The notes under the pieces: model-generated
Database searches by the model: none
Told to the model about the DNA's origin: nothing
The model's input: only the letters and a program-made list of their open reading frames with translations
Origin: Vicinamibacterales bacterium
Lineage (GTDB): Bacteria > Acidobacteriota > Vicinamibacteria > Vicinamibacterales > UBA2999
Length of the DNA stretch: 64,000 nt
Direction of reading: 5' to 3'
Assembly: GCA_964202965.1 (NCBI GenBank)
Contig: CAXNKG010000012.1
Span: 228 to 64,227 of the forward strand
Shown here: positions 37,665 through 45,878 of the stretch, one piece after another
How positions within the stretch are numbered: position 1 is the first letter of the stretch
How the letters are laid out: every line of letters begins with the position of its first letter
Translations under genes and position numbers: made by a program

Positions 37665-38762
37665 CTAGCCGAAGACGTAGATGCGGCCGTCCTGGGCGCC
37701 GATGACGAGGCGGCCTCCGGCGATCGATGGCGATGCGGTGATGGCTTCGCCGATCTCGTACTCCCACACCTTCTTCCCAGACGCCGCATCGAGCGCGTAG
37801 AGACGGCCGTCACTCGAGCCGAAGTAGACGCGGCCGCCAGAGACGACAGGGGAGGAGTCGACGCGGGCGCGGGTGGCGAAGGTCCAGGCGCGCGTGCCCT
37901 TTGCCGCGTCGATGGCGTGGAGCAGCTTGTCGCGTCCGCCGAGGATGACCCGGCCGCCCGCAAGCGCGGCGGACGAGTAGAACGGGAAGTCGGTGTCAGG
38001 GTCGTCGTAGCGCCACGCCACGCGCCGGCCGGCAAGATCCAGCGCCAGCACTTCGTTGTTGAACGTGCCGAAGTAGGCGCGGCCGCCGTCGAGCACCGGC
38101 GACGAGGCGGTATAGGCGCCCGAGACGATCTGGTACATCTCGCGGCCGTCGGTGACGCGGATCGCCCGGAAGATCGAATCGCAGCCGGCGACGAAGGCGA
38201 GCCCATCGCGAACGGCCGGCGTGGCGTGAACCTGGCCCTTGGTCTGCACCTTCCAGCGCAGCGCCCCGCTCGCCGCATCCAGCGCGTAGAGATGCGTGTC
38301 GTACGAGCCGATCAGGACGATGCCGCCGACGACCACCGGCGAGGACTTGATTTCCGCGCCGGTCGTGAACGTCCAGCGCCTCGAGCCGTCCCGCAGGTTG
38401 ACCGCGTGCACGAGTCCGCCAAGATCGCCGACATACACGGTGTCCGTGCCGACGGCAGGGGAGGACTCGCCAATCAGATTGCCGGTCGTGTACTTCCAGC
38501 GCAGCGTGCCCGATGCGAGGTCGAGCGCGAGCAGATCACCGGTCCCGGCGCCAACGTAGACGACGCCGTCAACGATCGCCGCGGAAGAGTCGATCGGATC
38601 GCCGGCGTCGTAACTCCAGAGAAGCTTCGGCGAGGCGCTGAGGGTCGCGGGGGAGGCGCCGGTCAGCGCCGGCGATCCGCGGAACTGCCGCCATTCACCG
38701 GCAGGTTCCTGCGCAGCGACCGGGATGATAGCCGCGGCGATCAGGATCAGGACGCGAATCAT
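37665..38762 (-). CDS. PQQ-like beta-propeller repeat protein, secreted
   Basis: Signal peptide MIRVLILIAAAIIPVAAQ, GEWRQFRGSPALTG, and repeated G.VYVG..DG.L.ALD...G...W blades. ATGA overlap with the upstream gene. Confidence 0.8.
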   Translation of the reverse strand: MIRVLILIAAAIIPVAAQEPAGEWRQFRGSPALTGASPATLSASPKLLWSYDAGDPIDSSAAIVDGVVYVGAGTGDLLALDLASGTLRWKYTTGNLIGESSPAVGTDTVYVGDLGGLVHAVNLRDGSRRWTFTTGAEIKSSPVVVGGIVLIGSYDTHLYALDAASGALRWKVQTKGQVHATPAVRDGLAFVAGCDSIFRAIRVTDGREMYQIVSGAYTASSPVLDGGRAYFGTFNNEVLALDLAGRRVAWRYDDPDTDFPFYSSAALAGGRVILGGRDKLLHAIDAAKGTRAWTFATRARVDSSPVVSGGRVYFGSSDGRLYALDAASGKKVWEYEIGEAITASPSIAGGRLVIGAQDGRIYVFG

Positions 38763-40177
38763 TGCTGGGCGATGGCGAACAGCTGGCTCCGGTTGTTCAG
38801 GTAGATCGTGCCGTTGGCGGGGACAATGGTCGCGTAGACGGCGCTGCCCATGTTCATCTCCGCCAGCACCTTCTTCTCCCTGCTGTGCGCCATGATGATC
38901 ACGTCGCCGTCCTCGTCGGCCAGATAGACCTTGCCGTCGACGACGAACGGGGAGCCCCAGACGGCGGCCAGGACGTCATGCGTCCAGTGGAGCTGCCCCG
39001 TCCTGGCGTCGAGACAATGCAGGTAGCCGCTGAAGTCGGCGATGTACAGCAGGCCGTCGGCAATGGCCGCCGTGGAGATCGAGCGGCGGATCTTGCCGAA
39101 GTGAAAGATGGCTCCGCTTTGCGTGATGTCGCCCCGCTTGGTGGCGTCGATGGCGTAGAAGTGGCCGGTTCCTTCGCCATGCTCCGGATCCTGTCCGTTG
39201 GCAATGTAGACGCGGTTGTCGTAGACGACCGGCGTCGAGATCACTTCGTTGCGCGTGCGCGGCCAGACGGCGTCCTTGGGGTTCGTATCGAACTCCCACA
39301 GTTTCTTGCCGCTCTCCGCCTCGTACCCGCGCACCCATCCGTCGCCCTGCGCCGACACGACCTGCACGACGCCGCCGATGGTTCCCACCGAGGGGGTCGA
39401 CCACTGGCCGTGCAGAATGCGATCGTCGACCGAGTTGTCTTCCCACCGGAGCTCGCCGGTGTTCTTGTTGAGCGCGATGATCGCCGGCGCGCGCGGAGAC
39501 GGAATGTTGACGTGGCTCTCGTCCTGCCCGTTCGACGTGGAGACGTACAGGAAATCGCCCCAGACGACCGGCGACGAATTCGACAGGTTGTGCGGGTAGG
39601 ACCCGACCTGCTCCATCATGTCGAACGTCCAGATCACGTCGGCATCGAACTGGCCGGTCAGCTTCTCGTCCTTGAAGTCGCCGTCGTTCTCGTTGTCGCG
39701 GAAGCCCTGGATATCGAGGCAGTGCACGACGCCGCGGTTGCTCACGTAGTAGAGCCGGTCCCCCTCGACGAGCGGAGACGAGGCGACGCCCTGGAACGGC
39801 CAGTCGTTGGCGCGGCCAGACTCGAGCTTCGGATGCGCCTGCTGCCACAGGAATGCGCCGTCCGATTCCCTGAACGCCATCAGCACGCCGCGGTCGCCAG
39901 GCTGCTTCGGGTCGCGCAGCAGTTCGTTGTTCGTCCCGACAAACACCATCCCGCCGGCAACGACCGGGTTGCCATAGCTCTGCGAACCCAGGTCGGCCAC
40001 CCACTTGATGTTCTTCTTCGTCTTGACGTCCCACTCCGACGGGAGCCCTTTCATGTTCGACACCATGTTGCGGTCGGGCGTGCCGCCCCACATGGGCCAG
40101 TTGGGACTTCCGGGATCGGACGCGCTGATCGGCGACGCGCCGGCGGCGAGTAACGCAATGAGGACGGCTTTTTTCAT
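38759..40177 (-). CDS. PQQ-like beta-propeller repeat protein, secreted
   Basis: Signal peptide MKKAVLIALLAAGASPISA, NWPMWGGTPDRNMVS, propeller blades throughout. Confidence 0.8.
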   Translation of the reverse strand: MKKAVLIALLAAGASPISASDPGSPNWPMWGGTPDRNMVSNMKGLPSEWDVKTKKNIKWVADLGSQSYGNPVVAGGMVFVGTNNELLRDPKQPGDRGVLMAFRESDGAFLWQQAHPKLESGRANDWPFQGVASSPLVEGDRLYYVSNRGVVHCLDIQGFRDNENDGDFKDEKLTGQFDADVIWTFDMMEQVGSYPHNLSNSSPVVWGDFLYVSTSNGQDESHVNIPSPRAPAIIALNKNTGELRWEDNSVDDRILHGQWSTPSVGTIGGVVQVVSAQGDGWVRGYEAESGKKLWEFDTNPKDAVWPRTRNEVISTPVVYDNRVYIANGQDPEHGEGTGHFYAIDATKRGDITQSGAIFHFGKIRRSISTAAIADGLLYIADFSGYLHCLDARTGQLHWTHDVLAAVWGSPFVVDGKVYLADEDGDVIIMAHSREKKVLAEMNMGSAVYATIVPANGTIYLNNRSQLFAIAQQ

Positions 40178-40179
40178 GA

Positions 40180-42420
40180 CTACTGGTTCTTGGTCAGGGC
40201 GAAGTTGTCGTAGTAAGCGCCGAACTGCGCGTTGATGAACATGCCCGGGGCCCCCTGGCGGTTGCCGACCTTCTCAGTCATCTCGATCGTCCAGGCGGCC
40301 GGTTCAGCCTCACCGGCCGGCCACGCCTTGCCGCGCGCGCGGACCTGGCCGTTGGGCAGGTTGTCCACGCGCAGCTTCAGCCGATACCAGGTGTCCGGCT
40401 TCCAGGCGTACGAGACGGTGATTGTCCGGGCCGTCTCCGGTTCCCACGGCTCGATCTTCAGCTTCTGCGAATTGCCGTACAGCACCAGCGAGTAGCGCTG
40501 CGCGGTAATGCCGACGTCGCCCATCTGGCGCCGGCGTGTCGCGGCGCGCACGTCGGATTCAAAGGTGTAGTCCGACCAGGTGACCGGACCGATGAACGCG
40601 CGTCCACGCATGAAGATCGTGTCGACCGGCGCCTTCTGCAGGACCTTCTGCCCGTCGAGCGTCCCGACCGAGAACGCGAGCGCCTGCGCGTTCACCCAGC
40701 CTGCGGGAATCGCCTTGTCCGCGTACCCCTCGAACGTTTCCTTCCACGGCAGCGGATGGACGATGCGCGCGCGTGCCTGGCCGGTGAGCGTGCCGACGGT
40801 CGCTTTGATCAATCCCGCCTGCTCGACAGGCTCGTTGGCGACGGTAAAGGCGCCATCTGCGAGGGTGCCCTTGAGCCCCTCGAGTGTCCACGTGGCGCCA
40901 GTCTCCTCGCGAAGGAAGCGGCCTTTGTCGTCGAAGAGCCGCGCGCGCAGCTTCACCGTCTGGCCCGGCTCGAGCACGAGCTCGGTTGGCATGACCTGAA
41001 GATGCGCCGGCGCGCCGGCCGGGCCCGTCTCCGCGGGTGTGTCCACGGCGAATCCACTGACGGCACGAGGCTGCCGAGGTCCGATCGCGTAGATCGCGTC
41101 GCTCGACACGAAGAAGATCCGGCCACGCGAGACGGCCGCGCCCGCGAGGATCTGCTCGGGCGTGCCTTCGGATCCGCAGCAGCTGTTGACGCTGTTCGGC
41201 AGCTCCACTTCGGAGAGCATTTCGCCGCGGTCGGCATACGGCCGCACGATATGGAACGTGCCGTTGTCGGTCCCGACGTAGATCTTGCCGTCCGCCAGCA
41301 CCGGCGGCGCCTTCTGCGCGGTGCCGAGCGGCAGTTCCCACAGCTCCTTGCCCGTCGCGGTATCGAATGCCTTGAGGCGGGAGCTGTTATCGAGCTGATA
41401 GAGCCGCGTGCCATCGATGACCGGCGGCGAATACGTGAACTCGACGCCCTTGACGGCCCACCTGGTGGTCTTGATGTCGCCGGTCTGCGATCCATCGATG
41501 GCGGCGAGCATGCCCAGTTCGTTGCCCTCGAGATTCTCGTCGCCGTGCGAGACGAACACGTCGCTGCCGCGGACGACGACCCCGGTGTTGATGGCGCGCT
41601 TCGAGACGGGGAAGCTCCAGACTTTCTCGCCGGTCTGCGGCTTGATGGCGTGGACACCGCCGTCGCCAAGCCCGGCAATCAGCAGCCGGACGCCGTTGAC
41701 GGTCGCGATGACCGGCGACCCGTAGGCGGTGTCATACGGCCGGCCGCCCGGATTTGCGAGGTACGCGACCTCGCCGGAGCGCTTGTCGAGCGCGATGAAC
41801 CGGTGACTGCGATTCGCGGCCGTGCCCCAGTTCGACACCGCGGCGCTCACAATCACCAGATTCCCATCGACGACCGGGGACATCGTCCGGCCGCCGTGCG
41901 TGGTGAAGGCGGCGAATTCTTCGCCGAAGGAACGGGACCAGAGGAGCTTCCCGTCGCGGCTCAGCGCGATCACTTCGGCGCCGCCGCTCAGCGCATAGAT
42001 GTTGCCGGTCTCCGGATCGGCAGCCGGAGATGCCCAGCCGGTACGGTGCGCGGGCACGTCGCTCTGGTAGAGGTTGAACGTGTATTCCCAGATGACCTTG
42101 CCGCTGTCGGTGTCGAGCGCCATGACGCGCTCCTGAAGATTGACGCCGCGGCCGGAGGGGTTCTGCACGTAGAGGCGATTGCCCATGACGATCGGCGCCG
42201 ATCGGCCGCCGTAGGGGGCGCGCCACAGGAAGTTCTCGCCGTTGAGCGCCCACTTATCTATGAGCCCCGTCTCGCGCGAGACACCGTCGCGGCTCGGGCC
42301 GCGCATCTCGGGCCAGTCTCCGGCGGCAACCCGCGCCGGACCCTGTGCCTGAATCCCCCATGCATGCGTGAGCGTCAGCGCGCACACGGCCGCAGCTGCC
42401 GCGCAACTCTTCTTCAGCAT
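40180..42420 (-). CDS. PQQ-like beta-propeller fused to an Ig-like and a C-terminal LamG/DUF1080-like domain
   Basis: ATG 42420 (MLKKSCAAAAAVCALTLTHAWG), GDWPEMRGPSRDG, propeller to about aa 500, HLQVMPTELVLEPGQTVKLRARLFDDKG (Big-like), C-terminal ...WYRLKLRV...GMFINAQFGAYYDNFALTKNQ. The listed 42543 start is an extension. Confidence 0.75.
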   Translation of the reverse strand: MLKKSCAAAAAVCALTLTHAWGIQAQGPARVAAGDWPEMRGPSRDGVSRETGLIDKWALNGENFLWRAPYGGRSAPIVMGNRLYVQNPSGRGVNLQERVMALDTDSGKVIWEYTFNLYQSDVPAHRTGWASPAADPETGNIYALSGGAEVIALSRDGKLLWSRSFGEEFAAFTTHGGRTMSPVVDGNLVIVSAAVSNWGTAANRSHRFIALDKRSGEVAYLANPGGRPYDTAYGSPVIATVNGVRLLIAGLGDGGVHAIKPQTGEKVWSFPVSKRAINTGVVVRGSDVFVSHGDENLEGNELGMLAAIDGSQTGDIKTTRWAVKGVEFTYSPPVIDGTRLYQLDNSSRLKAFDTATGKELWELPLGTAQKAPPVLADGKIYVGTDNGTFHIVRPYADRGEMLSEVELPNSVNSCCGSEGTPEQILAGAAVSRGRIFFVSSDAIYAIGPRQPRAVSGFAVDTPAETGPAGAPAHLQVMPTELVLEPGQTVKLRARLFDDKGRFLREETGATWTLEGLKGTLADGAFTVANEPVEQAGLIKATVGTLTGQARARIVHPLPWKETFEGYADKAIPAGWVNAQALAFSVGTLDGQKVLQKAPVDTIFMRGRAFIGPVTWSDYTFESDVRAATRRRQMGDVGITAQRYSLVLYGNSQKLKIEPWEPETARTITVSYAWKPDTWYRLKLRVDNLPNGQVRARGKAWPAGEAEPAAWTIEMTEKVGNRQGAPGMFINAQFGAYYDNFALTKNQ

Positions 42421-42426
42421 GCGACA

Positions 42427-42442
42427 AATATACCTGCATAAT
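42427..42442. promoter_or_regulatory. Back-to-back candidate -10 boxes (TATATT on -, CATAAT on +) in a 28-bp divergent spacer
   Basis: TATATT (complement of 42427-42432) lies 6 nt before ATG 42420. TGCATAAT (42435-42442) lies 6 nt before ATG 42449. Confidence 0.35.
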
Positions 42443-42448
42443 TGCCCC

Positions 42449-44566
42449 ATGCGTCGTGCCCTCGTCGTCGTGTTTTTCTGCATGTCCGCCGCCGTATCCG
42501 GGCTTCGCGCGCAAGGCCCGGTGGCGCCGATCGTCCTCCCCACCGTCGTCGTGACGGCTCAGAAGGAACCGGCCGATGCGCAGACGCTGCCGGTCAGCGT
42601 GACGGCGGTCTCGCGGGAGACGCTGGTCAATGCCAGCATCAACATCCTGCGGGACGCCGCCGTCTACGCGCCGAACGTCCACTTCTCGGATTTCACGGCG
42701 CGCAAGCTGAGCAATCCCCGGTTCCGCGGCATCGGTTCGAGTCCGGCAAACCCGGCCATCACCACCTATTTCGACGGCGTGCCCCAGCTCCACGCCAACA
42801 CGTCGAGCCTCGACCTCATCGACGTGGAGCAGGTGGAGTTCGTTCGCGGGCCGCAGAGCGCGCTCTTCGGCCGCAATGCACTCGCCGGGGTCATCAATGT
42901 CATAAGCGCCCGTCCCTCGCTGGGCGACTGGACGCACAGCGTGTCGGCGCCGGTGTCGAACTTCGCGTCGCGGGACGTCCGCGGAAGCGTATCGGGTCCT
43001 TTCGTGCCCGGCCGGCTGGGCATCGGCGGGACGCTTGCCTACAGCCGGCGCGAGGGGTTCACCAGGAACGTGCTGACCGGGCAGGATGTCGACAGCCGGT
43101 CGGCGCTCACGGGCAAGGGCCAGTTGCTGTGGACGCCGTCCCCGACGTGGGAAACACGCGTCATTCTGAGCGGCGAGCGGGCGCGGGACGGCGATTACGC
43201 GCTCAACGACCTCCGGGCCCTGCGCGCAAACCCGTTTGAGGTGTCGCGCGATTTCGAGGGGCACACCGATCGCAACGTGCTCGCGACGACGCTCCTTGCG
43301 AGACGTGTCGGCGAGGCGTTCAATCTGACGTCGACGACGGGCGTGGTGCGCTGGAAGACGGTCGACGAAACGGACCTGGATTACACGCGGCTGCCGCTGC
43401 TCACCAGGAGCAACACAGAGGACAGCGTCCAGTTCACGCAGGAAGTGCGCATCGCGTCGACCGAGGCGGCCCGCGTCCAGATCTCCGAGCACGCGACGCT
43501 GCGATGGCAGGCGGGAGCGCTGCTGTTCACTCAGAATTACGACCAGGATGCCGTCAACAACATCGGAGCATTCGTCCTGTCGCCGCTGCTGCCGTTTCGC
43601 ATCGCGCAGCGCGCGCCAGCGGCGCTCGAGGACCTCGGTCTTGGCGTCTACGGCCAGGCGACCGCGACGTTCGACGACGTCATCGATATCGTCGTCGGGG
43701 CGCGGATTGACCATGAGCGCAAGTCGGCGTCCCTGAGCTCGTTGTGGGTTCCGCCCATCGCGCCGCCACAGCAGGTCGACGCCGAGCAGACCTTCTCGAA
43801 CGTCTCGCCCCAGGTCGCGATGGCCTATCGGCTCCGGCCAGGCCGGATGGTATACGGCGCGGTTGCCCGCGGCTTCAAGGCGGGCGGATTCAACGCCGCC
43901 TCGCCGCCCGGCTTTCAGGCGTACGGGGAGGAGCAGACCTGGAACCTCGAGGGCGGCGTGAAGACGGCCTGGCGGGGAGGCGCGGTGACAGCAAACGCCG
44001 CGCTGTTCCGGATTGACTGGGGCGATCTGCAGCTCAATCTGCCCGACCCGTTCGTCCCCGCGCAGTTCTATATTGCCAACGTGGGCGGCGCGGTGAGCAC
44101 CGGCGCGGAGCTCGAGGTCAACGCGCGGCTTCGCGACGGCGTGGACGTGTTCAGCGCCGTCGGGTTGACGAGCGCCGAGTTTTCGCAGGGGAGCGTGTCG
44201 AGTGGCGTGAGCGTCGGCGGGAACGCGATCCCGAACACGCCCGATTACACGGCGACCTTTGGCGGGCAGCTCTCCCGGGCGCTTCAGGCCGGCCGCACCG
44301 TCTACGGCCGCGCCGACGTGACGTTCTTCGGGGCGTTTCAGTACGACGACCTGAACCGTGCCGGGCAGGAGGCGTACTCGCTGGCCGGCCTGCGCGCGGG
44401 CGTCCGCGCCGGCTCCGCATTCGCGGAAGCGTGGGTGAAGAACGCCTTCGATACGCGCTATATTCCGGTCGCGCTGCCGTTCGACCCGCAGCTGGCGCCC
44501 TCGGGGTTCCTTGGTGAGATGGGCGCGCCGCGGACGTATGGCATCAGCGCGGGGGTCACCTTTTAA
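42449..44566 (+). CDS. TonB-dependent receptor
   Basis: Signal peptide, TonB-box-like IVLPTVVVTAQK, plug motifs VEFVRGPQSALFGRNALAGVINVIS, C-terminal ...YGISAGVTF. Confidence 0.88.
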   Translation: MRRALVVVFFCMSAAVSGLRAQGPVAPIVLPTVVVTAQKEPADAQTLPVSVTAVSRETLVNASINILRDAAVYAPNVHFSDFTARKLSNPRFRGIGSSPANPAITTYFDGVPQLHANTSSLDLIDVEQVEFVRGPQSALFGRNALAGVINVISARPSLGDWTHSVSAPVSNFASRDVRGSVSGPFVPGRLGIGGTLAYSRREGFTRNVLTGQDVDSRSALTGKGQLLWTPSPTWETRVILSGERARDGDYALNDLRALRANPFEVSRDFEGHTDRNVLATTLLARRVGEAFNLTSTTGVVRWKTVDETDLDYTRLPLLTRSNTEDSVQFTQEVRIASTEAARVQISEHATLRWQAGALLFTQNYDQDAVNNIGAFVLSPLLPFRIAQRAPAALEDLGLGVYGQATATFDDVIDIVVGARIDHERKSASLSSLWVPPIAPPQQVDAEQTFSNVSPQVAMAYRLRPGRMVYGAVARGFKAGGFNAASPPGFQAYGEEQTWNLEGGVKTAWRGGAVTANAALFRIDWGDLQLNLPDPFVPAQFYIANVGGAVSTGAELEVNARLRDGVDVFSAVGLTSAEFSQGSVSSGVSVGGNAIPNTPDYTATFGGQLSRALQAGRTVYGRADVTFFGAFQYDDLNRAGQEAYSLAGLRAGVRAGSAFAEAWVKNAFDTRYIPVALPFDPQLAPSGFLGEMGAPRTYGISAGVTF

Positions 44567-45798
44567 TGCGTCACGTCCTTCTGCTGGCTTCGATTCTCTG
44601 CGTCGGCGTCGCCGCTCTGCAGGCGCAGGTGACGACCGACTGGCCGCAGTGGCGCGGTCCGTCGCGCTCCGCGATCTCGCCCGAGACGGGCCTGCTCGGC
44701 GCCTGGCCGGCCGCCGGGCCGCCGCGCGCCTGGGCCGCCACCAATCTCGGGAGCGGGTTCGGTTCGATTGCGGTCAGCCGCGACCGTGTCTACGTCCAGG
44801 GGATGCGGGGCGGTCAGAGCCTCGTGTCGGCGCTGAACCGCGCCGACGGGACGCTCGTATGGACGAAGCCCGTCGGACGCGCGGTCGACAACTATCAGGG
44901 GCCTGGACCGCGAGGCACACCGACCGTGGATGGCGATCGGCTGTACGTGCTCACCGAAAACGGCGATCTCGCCTCGCTCCAGCAGCAGGATGGGACGATC
45001 GTCTGGCAGCGGAATATCCTGCGCGACTTCGGCGGCCGGAATATCGGATGGTTGCTCAGCGAGTCGCCGCTCGTTGACGGCAACAACGTGATCGTGTCGC
45101 CGGGCGGCCGCGCCGCCGGGATGGCGGCGCTGGACAAGACCACCGGCAAGACCGTCTGGGTCAGCAAGGAGCTGAGCGACGAGGCCGGCTATTCGTCACC
45201 GATCGTTGCCGACGTGCAGGGCGTGCGCACGATCATGGCGCTGACGTCGGAGGCGGGTGTCGGCGTCCGGGCGTCGGATGGCAAGCTGATGTGGCGCCAC
45301 CCCTCAGTTGCCAACGGCACGGCCAACATTGCGACGCCCGTCTTCTCTGACAATCGCGTGTTTTATACCTCCGACTACGGCACCGGCGGCGCGTTGCTGG
45401 CGCTGCGCGCCGAGAAAGGCGAAGTGCGGGCCCAGGAGGTCTACTTCACGCGCGACATGCAGAACCACCACGGCGGCGTCATCGTGGTGAACGGCTATCT
45501 CTATGGCTTCAACAACGCCATCCTCACCTGCATGGAGTTTGCGACCGGCAAGGTGATGTGGCGGCACCGCAGCGTCGGCAAGGGCTCGCTGGCGTACGCC
45601 GACGGGCACCTGTATCTGCTCAGCGAGAACAACGTCGTTGGACTGGCGGAGGCGACGCCGGCCGCCTATCGCGAGAAAGCGCGTTTCACCATCCCCGATC
45701 AGGGGTGGCCGTCGTGGGCCCATCCGGTCATCAGCGGCGGCCGGTTATACATCCGCGATCAGGGTATTCTTACCGCCTTCGATATAAGGCAAAAGTGA
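44566..45798 (+). CDS. PQQ-like beta-propeller repeat protein, secreted
   Basis: TAATG overlap with the receptor stop; TDWPQWRGPSRSAISPETG; propeller blades. Confidence 0.8.
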   Translation: MRHVLLLASILCVGVAALQAQVTTDWPQWRGPSRSAISPETGLLGAWPAAGPPRAWAATNLGSGFGSIAVSRDRVYVQGMRGGQSLVSALNRADGTLVWTKPVGRAVDNYQGPGPRGTPTVDGDRLYVLTENGDLASLQQQDGTIVWQRNILRDFGGRNIGWLLSESPLVDGNNVIVSPGGRAAGMAALDKTTGKTVWVSKELSDEAGYSSPIVADVQGVRTIMALTSEAGVGVRASDGKLMWRHPSVANGTANIATPVFSDNRVFYTSDYGTGGALLALRAEKGEVRAQEVYFTRDMQNHHGGVIVVNGYLYGFNNAILTCMEFATGKVMWRHRSVGKGSLAYADGHLYLLSENNVVGLAEATPAAYREKARFTIPDQGWPSWAHPVISGGRLYIRDQGILTAFDIRQK

Positions 45799-45864
45799 AA
45801 AGTCAAAAGTCAAAAGTCAAAAGTACTCTTGCCCTTTGCCCTTTGACTTTTGACTTTTGACTTT
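45795..45864. repeat. Second heptanucleotide-periodic inverted repeat (GTGAAAA, GTCAAAA x3 - loop - TGCCCTT x2, TGACTTT x3)
   Basis: It begins inside the stop codon of the upstream propeller gene (TGA 45796-45798) and ends 14 nt before ATG 45879. The arms can pair over roughly 23 bp. Confidence 0.9.
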
Positions 45865-45878
45865 CTGAAAGGACCACC

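Noticed and set aside
42421-42448. Cobalamin or other riboswitch upstream of the TonB receptor or the B12-dependent mutase (52082..52103)
   Set aside because: The intergenic spacers are only 28 and 22 bp, far too short for a riboswitch aptamer.
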